Assembly: GCF_963921235.1 (NCBI RefSeq)
Contig: NC_086105.1
Location: forward strand, 54,188,001 to 54,252,000
Source: Mobula hypostoma
Lineage: Eukaryota
Reading direction: 5' to 3'
DNA length: 64,000 bases
The notes beneath the pieces were generated by a model. That model ran no database searches and was not told the DNA's origin. It saw only the letters and a list, made by a program, of their open reading frames with translations. Positions 49,651-62,818 of this stretch are shown in pieces. Both the position numbers and the translations under genes were made by a program. The first letter of the stretch is position 1; each line of letters starts with the position of its first letter.

Positions 49651-51830
49651 TCCCCCCCCCCCCAGCTCCTCACTTACCCAACTATCAAAAGACTAGCTTT
49701 TAATATCTTACTGCCAGTATAGAGAGAAGAAAATGGGAAGAGAAAGAGGAAGAAGATGGGGTAATCAGAGAAGAAGTAGAGAAATACAGGACAGAAGTAA
49801 TGATGCAGGAGGAAGGAGGGAAGAACAGATCAGAAAGAATAATGAGAGAGATGCACAAAGACCAAGTGACAGTCTTGAGATCTGTAATATTATCTCAAAG
49901 CAATCCTATTAGGACGTGCTTTAGAAACTACTGAATTCCTAACTGATATGGCAAACATGACCTGCCCAATTAGGCCCTCCAAAACAAGCCATAGCCACAA
50001 CTGTCCTTTAGTTTTGAAATACATTAGTTGTAACAAAGGATACATATGTGAGACTGAAAATGAAAATTAGTAGAAAGAGGAAGCTCAGAATCACTCTTGG
50101 AAGACAAATTATGCTATGGATGAGGCCATTCTCAGGGTGGAGGGGCAACATCTCATTCCATCTGAATAGCCTCCAACCTGATGGCATCAATATAGATTTC
50201 TTCTGGTCAATGTTTTTTCCCTTCTGCTTCCCCCTTCTATTCCCCACTTTGTCCTTTTGCCTCTTCTTATCTGCTTATCACCTCCCACTAGTGCCTCCCC
50301 TACTTCCCTTTCTCCCGAGGTCCACACTCCTCTCCAGTCCTTTCGTTTTCTTACCCACCTGACTTCACCTATCACTTCGTTATCTTTCTTCCCTCCCCCA
50401 CCTTTTTATTCTGGTGTCTCTTCCTTCCTTTGAGTCCTGAAGGATAAATATATAATATAGCTTAAGTAAATTGATTTTATGTCTATAAAGTGGTGCTAAG
50501 CAAGGGAGTGTCCATACATAAGGTGACAGACAGACAGTTTTGACTGCCCATTGTAGAGCCTTCCTGTCTGCCACAGTGCAGTTTCTGTACCCTGCAGCGA
50601 TGCAGCATGTTAGGATGCTGTCTACTGCACATCTGTAGAATGACCTGAGCATAGATGTGCATAGTCCAGCTCTCTTCAGACCCCTCAGAAAGTAGAGTTT
50701 TCCTGATTGTGGTCTGGAACCAGAGAGGTTGTGCGAGATGTACAATCCCAGGAGTTTGATACTGTTCACAGTTTCCATAGCAGTGCTGTTGATATTTATT
50801 TATTTATTTGTTTATTGAGATATGTACAAACTTGTTATAGGCAGTGGTGGGAATTGAAACTGGGTCGCCGGTAATGTAAAGCATTGTGCAAACTACTACA
50901 CTACCTGATAGAAAAGGGTATGAGTGGTGTGAGTTCTGCTGAAGTCAGTAACAATTTCCTTTGTCCTGTTGACATGTAAATAAACTGGCCATTACGTGGC
51001 TGGCATTTAGGGCAGTAATGAAGGTCTTCTATCTATGGCGGTGTTCAGGGCTTCCTTCTTCCTGACAGTAGCTTCTTGGTTTTCACTACTGCCAGTCATG
51101 CAAGTCCCGGGTGGAGACTCAGGAATACCGTCACACTCAGATGTAGAAGGATTCTTCATTGCTGTTTCTGCAACAGTTTTGTTTTGCCAGTCACAGTTGT
51201 TAGCTCTGAGCTGAACCCCCGAACCTGGAGATCCAGTGGACCACTCTTAGTCTGGCCTCTGCCCTTTGACCTGTTTGGCATGGGTGAGCCTACACAGGCC
51301 TGCAAACAGCAACAAAGTTGTCCTCTAGGAGGATTTAAATAAGTTATATGAGTCATCCTTTGGAACACCATGAAAAGGTAGAACCTCAGCACAGAGGGAC
51401 AGTTGGGGCCTGACTTTAGTTGCAAGCACAGCATAATGCAATTACATACAAAGGTGGCCATCACTCTATGCTTTCTCGTTCGTTCTCTGGAGACTTGTGC
51501 ATTGCAATGCCAATACATTCCATTTTGAATTTTCAGATAAAACAGAAAATGCTTCAGGTAACTGCCACGATGCAGGAACAGGATAAGGATAATACTTTTG
51601 CTGCATGCAGCAACATTGAGGGTACTTCTCACCTGCTGATCAGGTTCTTACCTGCCAATGTGAGGAAGGCCACTCCTATAGTCCCAGTTTTTATTTATTT
51701 TTGGTTATTCTTGCTGTATCCCCCAGCTCCTCCAAAGCAGATTCCCAGCACCTACAGGTATTTAGAGGTCATGGAAAGGAAACAAAGCATTGCTAGGATC
51801 AGTTGCCAAAGAAGATGGCCTCACCCTTCT

Positions 51831-51978
51831 NNNNNNNNNNNNNNNNNNNNNNNNNNNNNNNNNNNNNNNNNNNNNNNNNNNNNNNNNNNNNNNNNNNNNN
51901 NNNNNNNNNNNNNNNNNNNNNNNNNNNNNNNNNNNNNNNNNNNNNNNNNNNNNNNNNNNNNNNNNNNNNNNNNNNNNN
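51831..51978. other. Assembly gap (148 N)
   Basis: Run of N. Confidence 1.
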
Positions 51979-52224
51979 TTTATAGTTTTTTTAATATATT
52001 GCATTGAATTGCTGGTGCAAAACAAAACAACAGATTTTGCAACATATGTGTGATAATAAACCTGATTCTGATTGTGGTTGCATTTCAAAAATGCACTTTG
52101 CCATATATTTCAAATTTATATCAGCATAATGTCAAAATTATATAAAAGAAAACTCCAGCTGTGTGGCAGTAAAGGTCATGTGTGCGTGAGTATTCCAGTT
52201 ACTGTGCAGCTTAGAGGGAACACT

Positions 52225-52950
52225 GATGATGACCCTGTGATCTCTGCCTCAGAAGCTGACGTCAGAATACCTTTCAACAGGGAGAACCATCACAAGGCAT
52301 CAGGCCATGATATTGTACGTGGTAGGCCTCTGGAAAATCTGTGCCAACCCTCTGGCACGAGTGTTTAAGGAGATCTTCAATCCCTCACTGTTGCTATCAA
52401 AGGTTCCCACTTGCTTCAAAAGGGCAACAATAAATCCAGTGCCCAAGGAGAGCAGTGTGAACTGCCTCAATGACTGTCACCTAGTGGCATTCTCATATGC
52501 TGTGATGAAGTGCTTTAAGAAGTTGGTCGTTGCTAGAATCAACTCCTGCCTAAGCACGGACCTGGACTCGCTGCCAACTTGCCTATTGCCACAATAACTC
52601 TACTGCAAATACAATCTCACTGGCTCTTCACTCAGCCTTGGATCTCTTGGTCAATAGTAACACCTACATCAGACCACTATTTATCGATTAGAGTTCAGCT
52701 TTGAATACAATCATATCCTCAGTTCTAATTGAAATGCTCCAAAACCTGGGACTCTGTACCTCTTACTGCAACTGAATCCTTGACTTCTCCACCGGATGAC
52801 CACTGTCCATACGGATTGGAAATAACATCTCCTCCTCAAAGATAATCAACACTGGCGCACCACAAGGTTGCGTGCTTAGCCCACTGCTCTACTCTCTCTA
52901 CACCCATGACTGTGTGGCTGGGCGCAGCTCAAATGCCATCTATAAATTTG
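52225..52950 (+). mobile_element. Rex1/Babar RT fragment
   Basis: VPTCFKRATINPVPK..VNCLNDCHLVA..VMKCFKKLV and TGAPQGCVLSPLLYSLYTHDC. Confidence 0.85.
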
Positions 52951-53084
52951 AAAAACCACAAATCTACATTTAATGGCCACTTTACAGGAGGTATATGAGG
53001 GGGAACCTCTTCACTCAGAGATTGGTGCGAGTGTGGAACAAGCTGCCAGTAGAATTGGTGGTTACCGGTTCAAATCTAAGATTT

Positions 53085-53400
53085 CTTTCTTTCTTTTTCA
53101 ATCTTTTTATTAAGTTTCAAGATTAATAAACATAACAGTAATGATTTACAATAATAACAGTTAACATGTACAAGCACAGATTCCAAGTTTCTTCAAATTT
53201 AACTGAAGGATCCATAGTACCATTCCTAATCTTTTCCAAGTTTAGGCATGCTATCATTTGGGAAAATCACTGAAGTGTAGTGGGGGGATTAGAATCTTTC
53301 CATTTAAATAAAATGGATCTTCTGGCTATTAATGTAACAAATGCAATTAGATGACAAGCTGACAAGGATAAACGACTAGAGTCTATCACTGGTAGTCCAA
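53085..53400 (-). mobile_element. L1-clade 3' end fragment
   Basis: IAFVTLIARRSILFKWKDSNPPT, homologous to 29100-29170. T-rich tail on the + strand at ~53085-53112. Confidence 0.75.
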
Positions 53401-53897
53401 GATTTAAAAGAAGTTTAGATATGTACATTGATGGAAGGGGTATGGTGCAGGTACAGGTCGATGGGACTAGGCAGAATAACAGTGCAGCACAGACTAAGTG
53501 GGCCGAAAGGCCTCTCTCTGTCCTGTACTGCTCTATGACTCTGACTGTCAATGAAAGATGTACAATGTATGTATCTTCAAAAAAAATTAAGTCAATGGAT
53601 CTAATCACAGGGAAGTAATTGGATTTGTCCTGCATTGTGTAGAATTGTCGAGTAGATATCAGTGGTGTTATAATATTGGGACAGCCTGCCCGGAAGCCTG
53701 ACTAGTTTTGAAGCACAAGTTTTTATGCAAAACTGTGGTGTCACACTGCTACCTTTGTATAAGTAATAATTGCACAGAATGAATGAAGTTCACAGGGACT
53801 CCACCTCTCATTGGTAAATACCCATCACAATTTAAAACTGAATGACGCAAGAATCCAGATTTCACCATGTATGAGATTATTGAAATATCTATTCCAT

Positions 53898-54545
53898 AAA
53901 AACATAGAAAACAGAAAAGCCTACAGCACAATACAGGCCCTTCGGCCCACAAAGGTGTGCCGAACATGTCCTTACCTTAGAAATTACCTAGGGTTACCCA
54001 TAGCCCTCTATTTTTCTAAGCTCCATGTACCTATCTTGGAGTCTCTTAAAAGACCCTTTTGTATACAGTACTGCCTCCACCACTGTCTCCGGCAGCCCAT
54101 TCCATGCACTCACCACTCTCTGCGTAAAAAAAAATGTAACCCTGACATCTCCTCTGTACCTACTTCCAAACACCTTAAAGCTGTGTCCTCTCGTGCTAGC
54201 CATTTCAGCCATGGGGAAAAAGCCTCTGACTATCCAGGTGATCAATGCCTCTCATCATCTTATACACCTCTATCAGGTCACCTCTCATCCTCCGTCGCTC
54301 CAAGGAAAAAAGGCTGTGTTCACTCAACCTATTCTCATAAGGCATGCTCCCCAATACAGGCAACATCCTTGTAAATCTCCTCTTCACCCTTTCTATGGTT
54401 TCCACATCCTTCCTGTAGTGAGGCGACCAGAACTGAGCACAGTACTTCAAGTGGGGTCTGACCAGGGTCCTATAGAGCTGCAACATTACCTCTTGGCTCC
54501 TAAACTCAATCCCACATTACTGCTTGGCTCCTAAACTCAATCCCA
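53898..54545 (-). mobile_element. CR1 3' end
   Basis: MLQLYRTLVRPHLKYCAQFWSPHYRKD...RRMRGDLIEVYK plus tail. Confidence 0.88.
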
Positions 54546-55864
54546 CTGCATACTGCTTTTGCTCATTAAATGGTTTTAATCCTGTATTGTGTCTTCAACA
54601 GTGTGTCCCTGATCAGTCCTATCCTCACTCTAGTCATCCTGTTCTTCACGCATGTATAGAAGGCCTTAGGGTTTTCCTTAATTCTGCTCACCAAGGCCTT
54701 CTCATGTGCACTTCTCCTAAATCCATTCTTAAGCTCCTTTCTGGTTACCTTACAATTTTCAAGAGCCTTGACCGGCCCTTGTTTCCTAAATTTTAAAGTT
54801 TGTTCCCTTCTTTCTCTTGATTAGACTTTCACAATCTCTTGTCAACCATAGTTCCTTCAGCCTACCATCCTTTGCCTGCCTCAATGGGACAACCCTATTG
54901 AGAACCCCATGCAAGTGCTTCCTAAGCATCCTTCATATTTCCATAGTGCATTTCCCTGAGTACATCTACTCCCAATTTATTCTCCCAAATTCCTGCCTAG
55001 TAGCATCATTATTCACCCTTCCCCGAATTAAATACTTTCCCATACAGTCTGCTCCTATATCCCTGGTAAAGGTTAGGGAGTTGCAGTGACTGTCTCTGAA
55101 ATGCTCACTTGCCGTTCTGTCACCAGAGCAGGTTCATTGCTCAGTAGCAGATCCAATCTAGCCTCTCCTCTAGTTGCCATCTGCATATTCTCCACTTCCT
55201 GAAGTTCACAGTGAATTCCACACTCTTACCAATGTTGAGCACACGGTTGATGTTGTGACAGCACTCAACCAGATAATCGGTCTCAGTCCTGAGATTCAAC
55301 CAATAACAGATGTGTTATCGGCAAATTTATTGATGGCATTTGAGCTGTGCCTACCCACACAGTCATGAGTGTAGAGATGGTACATCAGTGGGCTAAGCAC
55401 ACATCCTTGAGGCATGACTCTTTGTTCGTGTCACCTGCAAAATTACTAATCGTACCTCCTGTATTCACATCCAGTTCATTAAAATATATTACAAAAAGGA
55501 GTACCAGGACTGATACCTATCAAAAAAAAAACACCCTTCCTACACCACCCTTTGCTTTGAATATATCAGGGCTATAGTTTTGAATAGTTCAAAACCCAAG
55601 GCAGTTTTTCCCTTAACTGTGTACCATTGTGGCAGGAACAGACCAAATGTATCTAAGAGTAAGGCAACAAACTGTGGAAGACAAAATACAGGATTAAAGC
55701 CATTTAATGAGCTAGAGCAATATGGAATAGATATTTCAATAATCTCATAAATGGTGAAATCTGGATTCTTGCCTCATTCAGTTTTAAATTATGATGGGTA
55801 TTTACCAATGGGAGGTGGAGTGGCTGTAAATTAATTCATTCTGTGTAATTTTTATTGATACAAA

Positions 55865-58800
55865 GGCAGGCAAAGGATGGTAGGGTGAAGGAACCATAGT
55901 TGACAAGAGATAAGGCATGTCTAATCAAGAGAAAGAGAAAACATACACTAGGGATAACCCTGGAATTTATAGACCAGGGTTAACCTTGTCAGTGATGGAT
56001 AAACTATTGGAGAAGATTCAGAGAAACAGGATTTGAGCATTTGGAGAAACAAAGTCTGGTTAGGGATAGTCAGCATGGCTTTGTGGGGACCAGGCTATGC
56101 CTCATGAGCCTGCTTGAATTCTTTGAGGAAGTAACAAAACAGATTGATGAAGGTAGAGTAGTGGATGTGGTGTATATGGATTTTAGTAAGGTGTTGAAGT
56201 TTGCCTGCGGTAGGCTCATTCTGAAAATTAGGAGGCATGGGATCCAAGGAAACCTGGATTCAATATTGGCTTGCCCCTAGAAGGAAGGTGTTGGTAGCAG
56301 ATGGAGTGTTTTCTGCCTGGAGGTTGGTGTTCCGCAGGGATCTGCTCTGGCACCTCTGATCTTTGAGATTTTTATAAATGACTTCAATAAGAATTAGAAA
56401 GGTGGATTAATAAGGTTTCAGATTATACAAAGGTTGGTAGTGTTGTGGGTATGTAGAAGGTTGTCTTAGGTTGCAACAGGATATTGATAGGATGCAGAGC
56501 TGGGCACTTGCTGGAACATGTTGGCATTAAGAAAGAGGATGCACTGGAACTTTTGAAAAACATTAGGATAGTTAAACCTCCAGGCTTATGGTATATACAC
56601 CAGGCAACTATAGGAAGCAAGGGAAAGATAGCTGCGTCTTTGACTATCTTTGATTATTCACTGGCTATAGGAGTAGTAGCAGAAGATTGGAGGGTGGCAC
56701 GTGTCATTCCTCTGTTCAAGAAAGTTAATAGGGATAATCCTGGAATTTATAGATCAGTGAGTCTTATGTCAGTGTTGGATAAACTATTGGAAAGGATTCT
56801 GAGAAACAGGATTAATGAGCATTTCGAGAAGCGTAGTCTGGTTAGGGATAGTCAGCATGGCTTTGTGGGGACCAGGCTATGCCTCATGAGCCTGCTTGAA
56901 TTCTTTGAGGAAGTAACATAACAGATTGATGAAGGTAGAGTAGTGGATGTGGTGTATATGGATTTTAGTAAGGTGTTGAAGCTTGCCTGCGGTAGGCTCA
57001 TTCAGAAAATCAAGAGGCATGGGATCCAGGGAAACTTGGATTCAATATTGCCTTGCCCACAGAAGGAAGGTGTTGGTAGTAGATGGTCCGTCAACTGTAC
57101 CTCTTCCTATAGATGCTTCCTGGCCTGCTGCGTTCACCAGCAACTTTTATAAGTGTTGCTTGAAATTCCAGCATCTGCAGATTTCCTTGTGTTGGAGTGT
57201 TTTCTGCTTGGAGGTTGGTGTTCCACAGGGATCTGCTCTGGCACCCCTGCTCTTTGTGATCTTTATAAATGACTTGGATGAGGAACTAGAAGGGTGGATT
57301 AATAAGGTTTCAGATGATAACAAAGATTAGTAGTGTTGTGGATATGTAGACGGTTGTCTTAGATTGCAACGGGATATTGATAGGATGCAGAGCTGGGCAG
57401 CAAGGGGCAGATGGAGTTCAATCTGAAAACATGGAGTAATTCACTTTGGAAGATTGATTTTTTTTTAAAGGAGTGTACAAGGTTAATCGTAGGATTCTGA
57501 GCAGCATAGAGAAACAGGGATCTTGAGGTCCACATTGACAGTCCCCTCAAAGTTACTGTGCATGTTGATAGGGTGGTTAAGAAGGTATATGCAGTGTTGG
57601 CATTCCTTAGTTGGGGGACTGAGTTCAAGAGTTGCAAGGTAATTCTCCAGCTCTAAAACTCAGGTTAAAGCAACATGCACAACACGCTGGAGGAACTCAG
57701 CAGGTCGGGCAGCATCCTTGGAAATGAAGTCAATGTTTCGAGTTTCTGCTTCAGGTTTCACTGATGTAGAGGAGGCCGCACGGGGAGCACCGGATGCAAT
57801 AGATGACCCCAACAGACTCATAAATGAAGTGTTGCCTCACCTGGAAGGACTGTTTGGGGCCCTGAATGGTAGTGAGAGAGGAGCTGTAGGGACAGGTGTA
57901 GCACTTACGCTTGCAGGGATAAGTGCCAGGTGGGAGATCTGTGGGGAGGGTCATGTGGACCAGGGAGTCATGGAGGGAATGATCCCTGCGGAAAGCAGAG
58001 AGAGGTAGAGAGGGAAAGATGTGCTCTGTGGTGGGGTCCTGTTGAAGGTGGCGGAAGTTGTGGAGGATAATGTGCTGGAGGCTGGTGGGGTGGTAGGTGA
58101 GGACAAGGGGAACTGTGTCCCTGTTGTGGTGGCGGGAGGATGGGGTGAGGGCTGAAGTGCGGGAAATGGAGGAGATGCGGGTGAGGGCATCATTGATGAC
58201 GGCAGAAGGGAAACCACGATCCTTAAAGAAAGAGGACATTTGAGATGTCCTGGAACGGAAAGCCTCATCCTGGGAGCAGATGTGGCGAAGACGGAGGAAC
58301 TGGGAATAGGGAATAGCATTTTTGCATGTGACAGTATGGGAAGAGGTATAGTCGAGGTAGTTATGAGAGTCAGTAGGCTTATAGAAGATATCAGTGGACA
58401 GTTTGTCTCCAGAGATGGGGACCGAGAGATCGAGAAAGGGGAGAGAAGTGTCTGAGATGGACCAAGTGAATTTGAGGGCTGGGTGTAAGTTAGAAGCAAA
58501 GTCGAAATTGACGAGCTCAGCATGGGTGCAGGAAGCAGCACCAATGTAGTCGTCAATGTAGTGAAGGAAAAGTTGGGGAGTAGTACCAGTATAGGTTTGG
58601 AGCATAGACTGTTCCACATAACCAACAAAGAGGCAGGCATAGCTGGGGCCCATGCCAATGCCCATAGCTATACCCTTGGTCTGAAGAAAGTGGGAAGAGC
58701 CAAAAGAGAAGTTATTAAGTGTGAGTACCAGTTCCGCCAACCGGAGGAGGATGGTGGTGGTGGGGAACTAGTGAGGTCTATTATCCAGAAAGTAGCGGAG

Positions 58801-59800
58801 GGCTTTGAGGCCTTCTTGATGGGGAATGGAGGTGTATAGGGATTGGACATCCATAGTGAAAATGAAGCGGTCGGGACCGGGAAACTGGAAGCTATTGAAG
58901 AGGTGGAGGGCATGGGATGTATCCCAGATGGAGGTGGGGAGGGACTAAACTATGGGTGTCAAAATGGAGTCCAGGTAGGCAGATACCTGGATGCTGCCTG
59001 AATTGGAGAGCAGGTCTTATGAGGAATGGTCGAGCAAACTTGGGTTTTTCTCTTTGGAGAAAAGGAGGATAAGATGTTTCTATGATAGGAGGCATAGATA
59101 GAGTGGACAGCCAGAGCTGTTTTCCCAGGACAGAAATGGCTAATATGGAGGTACATAGTTTTAGTGATAGGAACGACATAGGGGGATGCCAGAAGTAGGT
59201 TTGTTTTTTTTTAAAAAAGAGAGTAAGTGCATGAAAGTGGCAACTCAGATAAAGTGGTAAAAAAGGCAGACGGCATGATTGTCTTCATAGGACAGGGTAT
59301 GGAACATAAAAGTTGGGATGTTACATTGCAACTTTACAAAACACTTGAATTGTATGTAGTTTTGGTTGCTATGTGACTGAGCTAATGTGTAGAGGAGATT
59401 CTCCAAGACATTGCTTGGATTGGAGCACCAGTTATGGGGAGAGATTGAATAGGCTTGTTTTTCCTGGAACAAGGGAGTTTGGGGTGGGGTGGGGGTTTGA
59501 AGGAAAGGCAAGTGGGGCAGCAGTATGACATGGTAGACGTATACAAAAATAAGCATACAGATAAATAGATTCTACTTCCCATGAGCCAAGAGGAAGAAGA
59601 GTTTTAAAGATTTGAGGAAAATGTCCCCCACCCCCCCAAGATAGGGAAAGGTTGGTACCTAAAGTGCATTTCAAGGAAATAGTGAAGTATGATCACTGCA
59701 TTTAAGAGACATTTAGACAGGCACGTACATAGGCAAGACATAGGATACGGAATAAGGTGGGCAAATGGAACTAGCATAGCTGGGCAAAGAACATGGATGT
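55865..59800 (+). mobile_element. Fragmented CR1 with internal tandem duplication and nested Penelope pieces
   Basis: EDWRVARVIPLFKK..RDNPGIYR, SQHGF, VDVVYMDFSK and VPQGS. 55950-56505 repeats 56730-57400. Confidence 0.8.
57671..58970 (-). mobile_element. Penelope-like element with a 329-aa open RT/GIY-YIG segment
   Basis: ORF 57751-58740: GIAMGIGMGPSYA, LHYIDD, FYKPTDSH, GVIYCIRCSPCGLLYISET. A deletion joins it to the pseudo-LTR end. Confidence 0.9.
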
Positions 59801-59894
59801 TTTTGTGCAGTACTACTCTTAGTCAGGACCAGTAATCATAGCATTGAATCAGCCTTTCTGATGGATGGCAAAGATCCCCCATGGCAAAATCCTA

Positions 59895-60145
59895 AGTAGA
59901 GGTACTGCCACGCTTTTTGTAATTGCACTTGCGTGTTGAGTCCAGGACAGGTCCTCCGAAATAATAACAGTGAGGAATTTAAAGTTGCTGACCCTCTCCA
60001 CCTCTGATCCTTTGAGGAGAACTGGCTCATGGGCTTCTGGTTTCCTTCTCCTGAAGTCAATAATCTGCTCCTTGAACTTGCTGACATTAAGTAAGAGGTT
60101 TGTTGCTGTGGCACCCCTCAGCCAGGTTTTCGATCTCCCTTCTAT
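59895..60145 (-). mobile_element. Rex1/Babar fragment
   Basis: NLLLNVSKFKEQIIDFRR...VERVSNFKFL...EDLSWT. Confidence 0.8.
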
Positions 60146-61410
60146 ATCTCTATTTTGAGGCTGTTCTGAGACCACATCCTTTCTTAGATAAGAGCCCTGT
60201 GCTCAATACTCCAAGTGAGGCCTCACTATTGCAATATGAAGTCTCAACATTATATCCTTGCTTTTACATTCTAGTCCTCGTGAAATGAATGCTATCAACA
60301 TTTGCCTTCCTCACCACTGAATCAACCTGTAATTTAACCTTTAGGGAACTTGTGTGAAGATTCCCAAGCCACTTTGCACCTCAGATTTTTTGAATTCTCT
60401 CTCCATTTAGAAAATAGTTAACCTTTTTATTTCTTCTACCACAGTGCATGACCATACACTTTACAACTTTGTATTCCATCTGCCACTTGTCGTCTTTTCT
60501 CCTTCCTCAAACCTACCTGCCCCTCCACCTATCCTTGTATTGTCCACAAACTTGGACAAAAAACCATGAATTCCATTATCCAAGTTATTGACATATAATA
60601 TAAAAAAGCAGTCCCAACACAGAAGCCAAGTCCTATTGTCACCTATATCACTTGATTTTACTTTGAGGTGATAGTGTCTAGAATTGCCACTTTGCCCTTG
60701 AGATGGCTCTCCAGAGATCGTACTTAGTTACTCCTCCACATTAAACTTGCTTCCTCATGTAGGACAGGTGCATACAAAGTTGACTGTGCTGAGTGTGCCT
60801 TTCCAGCTTTCAGAGGGACCAGAACAGTCATCTGCATTGTTCAGACCATGATGCTGCATTAGCCAACCCTGTGGAAGGTCATCAGATTTCCTTCAAACAG
60901 GAAATTAGAATTTAACTCCTACACTCCTCTGGAAAATCTGGTGGTTATCATCTGCATTAATATCATGATGTTTCTTTGCTTTATTCAATTTCATCAGTTT
61001 GGTGCAGTTTTATTTATGAGGGCAGGCCTCTGGATTATTAGTGTGGTAGTCATCAACATAATGTTAGCTCATTACATAATTCTTGTATGACATTTCCTGA
61101 ATTTATGAAATGGGATAAATTCCTCGCAAATGTTTTGAGTGGAAAAAATTTGTCAATGGACAAAAAACAAAACCTATTACTGGAATTTTTGATAGTTCCA
61201 ATTGCCAAGTTGCACCCATTCGAAGGTATGTGTCTTATGTCAAACTGTTATATTCCTTTCAGTGAACAATTTGGCAGTTCAAGCTCTGTGACCAAATGGA
61301 ACCAGCTCTGAATGAAACTCAAGCAGTTACATGAAGTTATTCTGGGATTATTATACCAGCCTGTAGAAACATAACAGTAAACAGAACTATCATGTTGTGA
61401 AGTGATACTG

Positions 61411-61742
61411 GTGCTTCCAGGATGCTGCATCGGCAAGTTTGCGGCACTGGAAGCTCATGGCAGGGAGAGTTTTCTTCCTTCTACCACCTGTGTGAGATGT
61501 TGGGACTTTCGAGAGACTTTGAGACTTTTTTTTACCGTGCCCATGGTCTGTTCTTCTATCAAATTACAGTATTGCTTGCGCTGTTGTAACTATATGTTAT
61601 AATTATGTGGTTTTTGTCAGTTTTTCAGTCTTGGTCTGTCTTGTGTTTCTGTGATATCACACTGGAGGAACGTACCATTTCTTAATGCATGCATTACTAA
61701 ATGACAATAAAAGAGGACTGCATGTCCTCATAATCTAATCTA
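61411..61742 (+). mobile_element. Short retroposon (SINE or LINE 3' end) with (AATCT)n tail
   Basis: TSD ATACTG at 61405-61410 and 61743-61748. 3' stem-loop GAGGAC-tgcat-GTCCTC. Absent from both homologous sites (~11150 and ~62115). The same tail occurs at 19141-19187. Confidence 0.8.
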
Positions 61743-62787
61743 ATACTGAAGAGTTGGACTTCAGAATTATAAATTTATGTCTACTGTAAACTGGTTTCAT
61801 AAATCAAGTGAAGTTTTATTTTTCCTACAATCAGACTCTTGGTAATCTTTGATCTACATCATTAATTCTTAACTGCCAAGTCTATCAAAAATACCCATAA
61901 ACAGCCTGGTCTTTGTTTGAGGGAAAAATTTGGAAAGACCGGGCTACTTATGGGTATTTTTGATATAGTATTTTACTGTACTTGGCAGTTAAGAATTAAC
62001 GATGTAGATCAAAGATTCCAAGAGTCTGATTGCAGAAAAAATAAAATTTCTTTTGATTTATGAAACCAATTTATAGTAGACATAAATTTATAATTCTGAA
62101 GTCCAACTCTTCAGTATCACCTCGCAACATGATAGTTCTGTTTAGTGTTATGTTTCTAAAGGCTGGTATAATAATCCCAGAATAACTTCATGTAACTGCT
62201 TAAGTTTCAATCAGAGCCGGTTCCATTTGATCACAGAGCTTGAAACTGCCAAATTGTTCACTTAAAGGAATACAACAGTTTGACATAAGACACATAACTT
62301 TGAATGGGTGCAACTTGGCAATTGGAACTATCAAAAATTTCAGTAATAGATCTTGCTATCTATATATAGTTTTACACTCACATTTGGCACATGACAAAGC
62401 TGCCTGGTGCATGATGGGCCCATGGCCAACAAGAAACTTACCATTTGCTTTAAGCCCTTAAGGCATAAAATCAAATCACACCCAGCAACAGATGCTATGA
62501 AATAACAAAAATTTGATAAACTGGAGCCAGGAACAGAAAATTGATTCTGGATTTGCACAGCGAGAAAATGGAGGCATCTCAGCAAGAGTGGAATGTTTAT
62601 TCACATCATTGATACAAGCAGAAAGTTACACTGCTAAAACACATCACTGTACAGTGATTTGTTCTTCAAAATATTACAAATGGGTTTGTATATTAATTCT
62701 GCTGTCCAAGACTACAGATAGGACAACCATAAAAGAAACTTAAATTTTCAGACAGCTTGTTCCATCTGAAGCAGTTAGTTTGTAATC

Positions 62788-62818
62788 TCAAAAAGGATAG
62801 TCCTTGTGGTTAACACAC
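62788..62818 (-). CDS. Terminal coding exon of a second, tandem AKR1B-like paralog (rest lies beyond the window)
   Basis: Identical 31-nt coding sequence (W)CVNHKDYPF-TGA with intact ttttag acceptor, inside a duplicated block. Functional status cannot be judged from this exon alone. Confidence 0.8.

Noticed and set aside
51420-52088. ORFs spanning the N run
   Set aside because: Artefacts of translating through the assembly gap.
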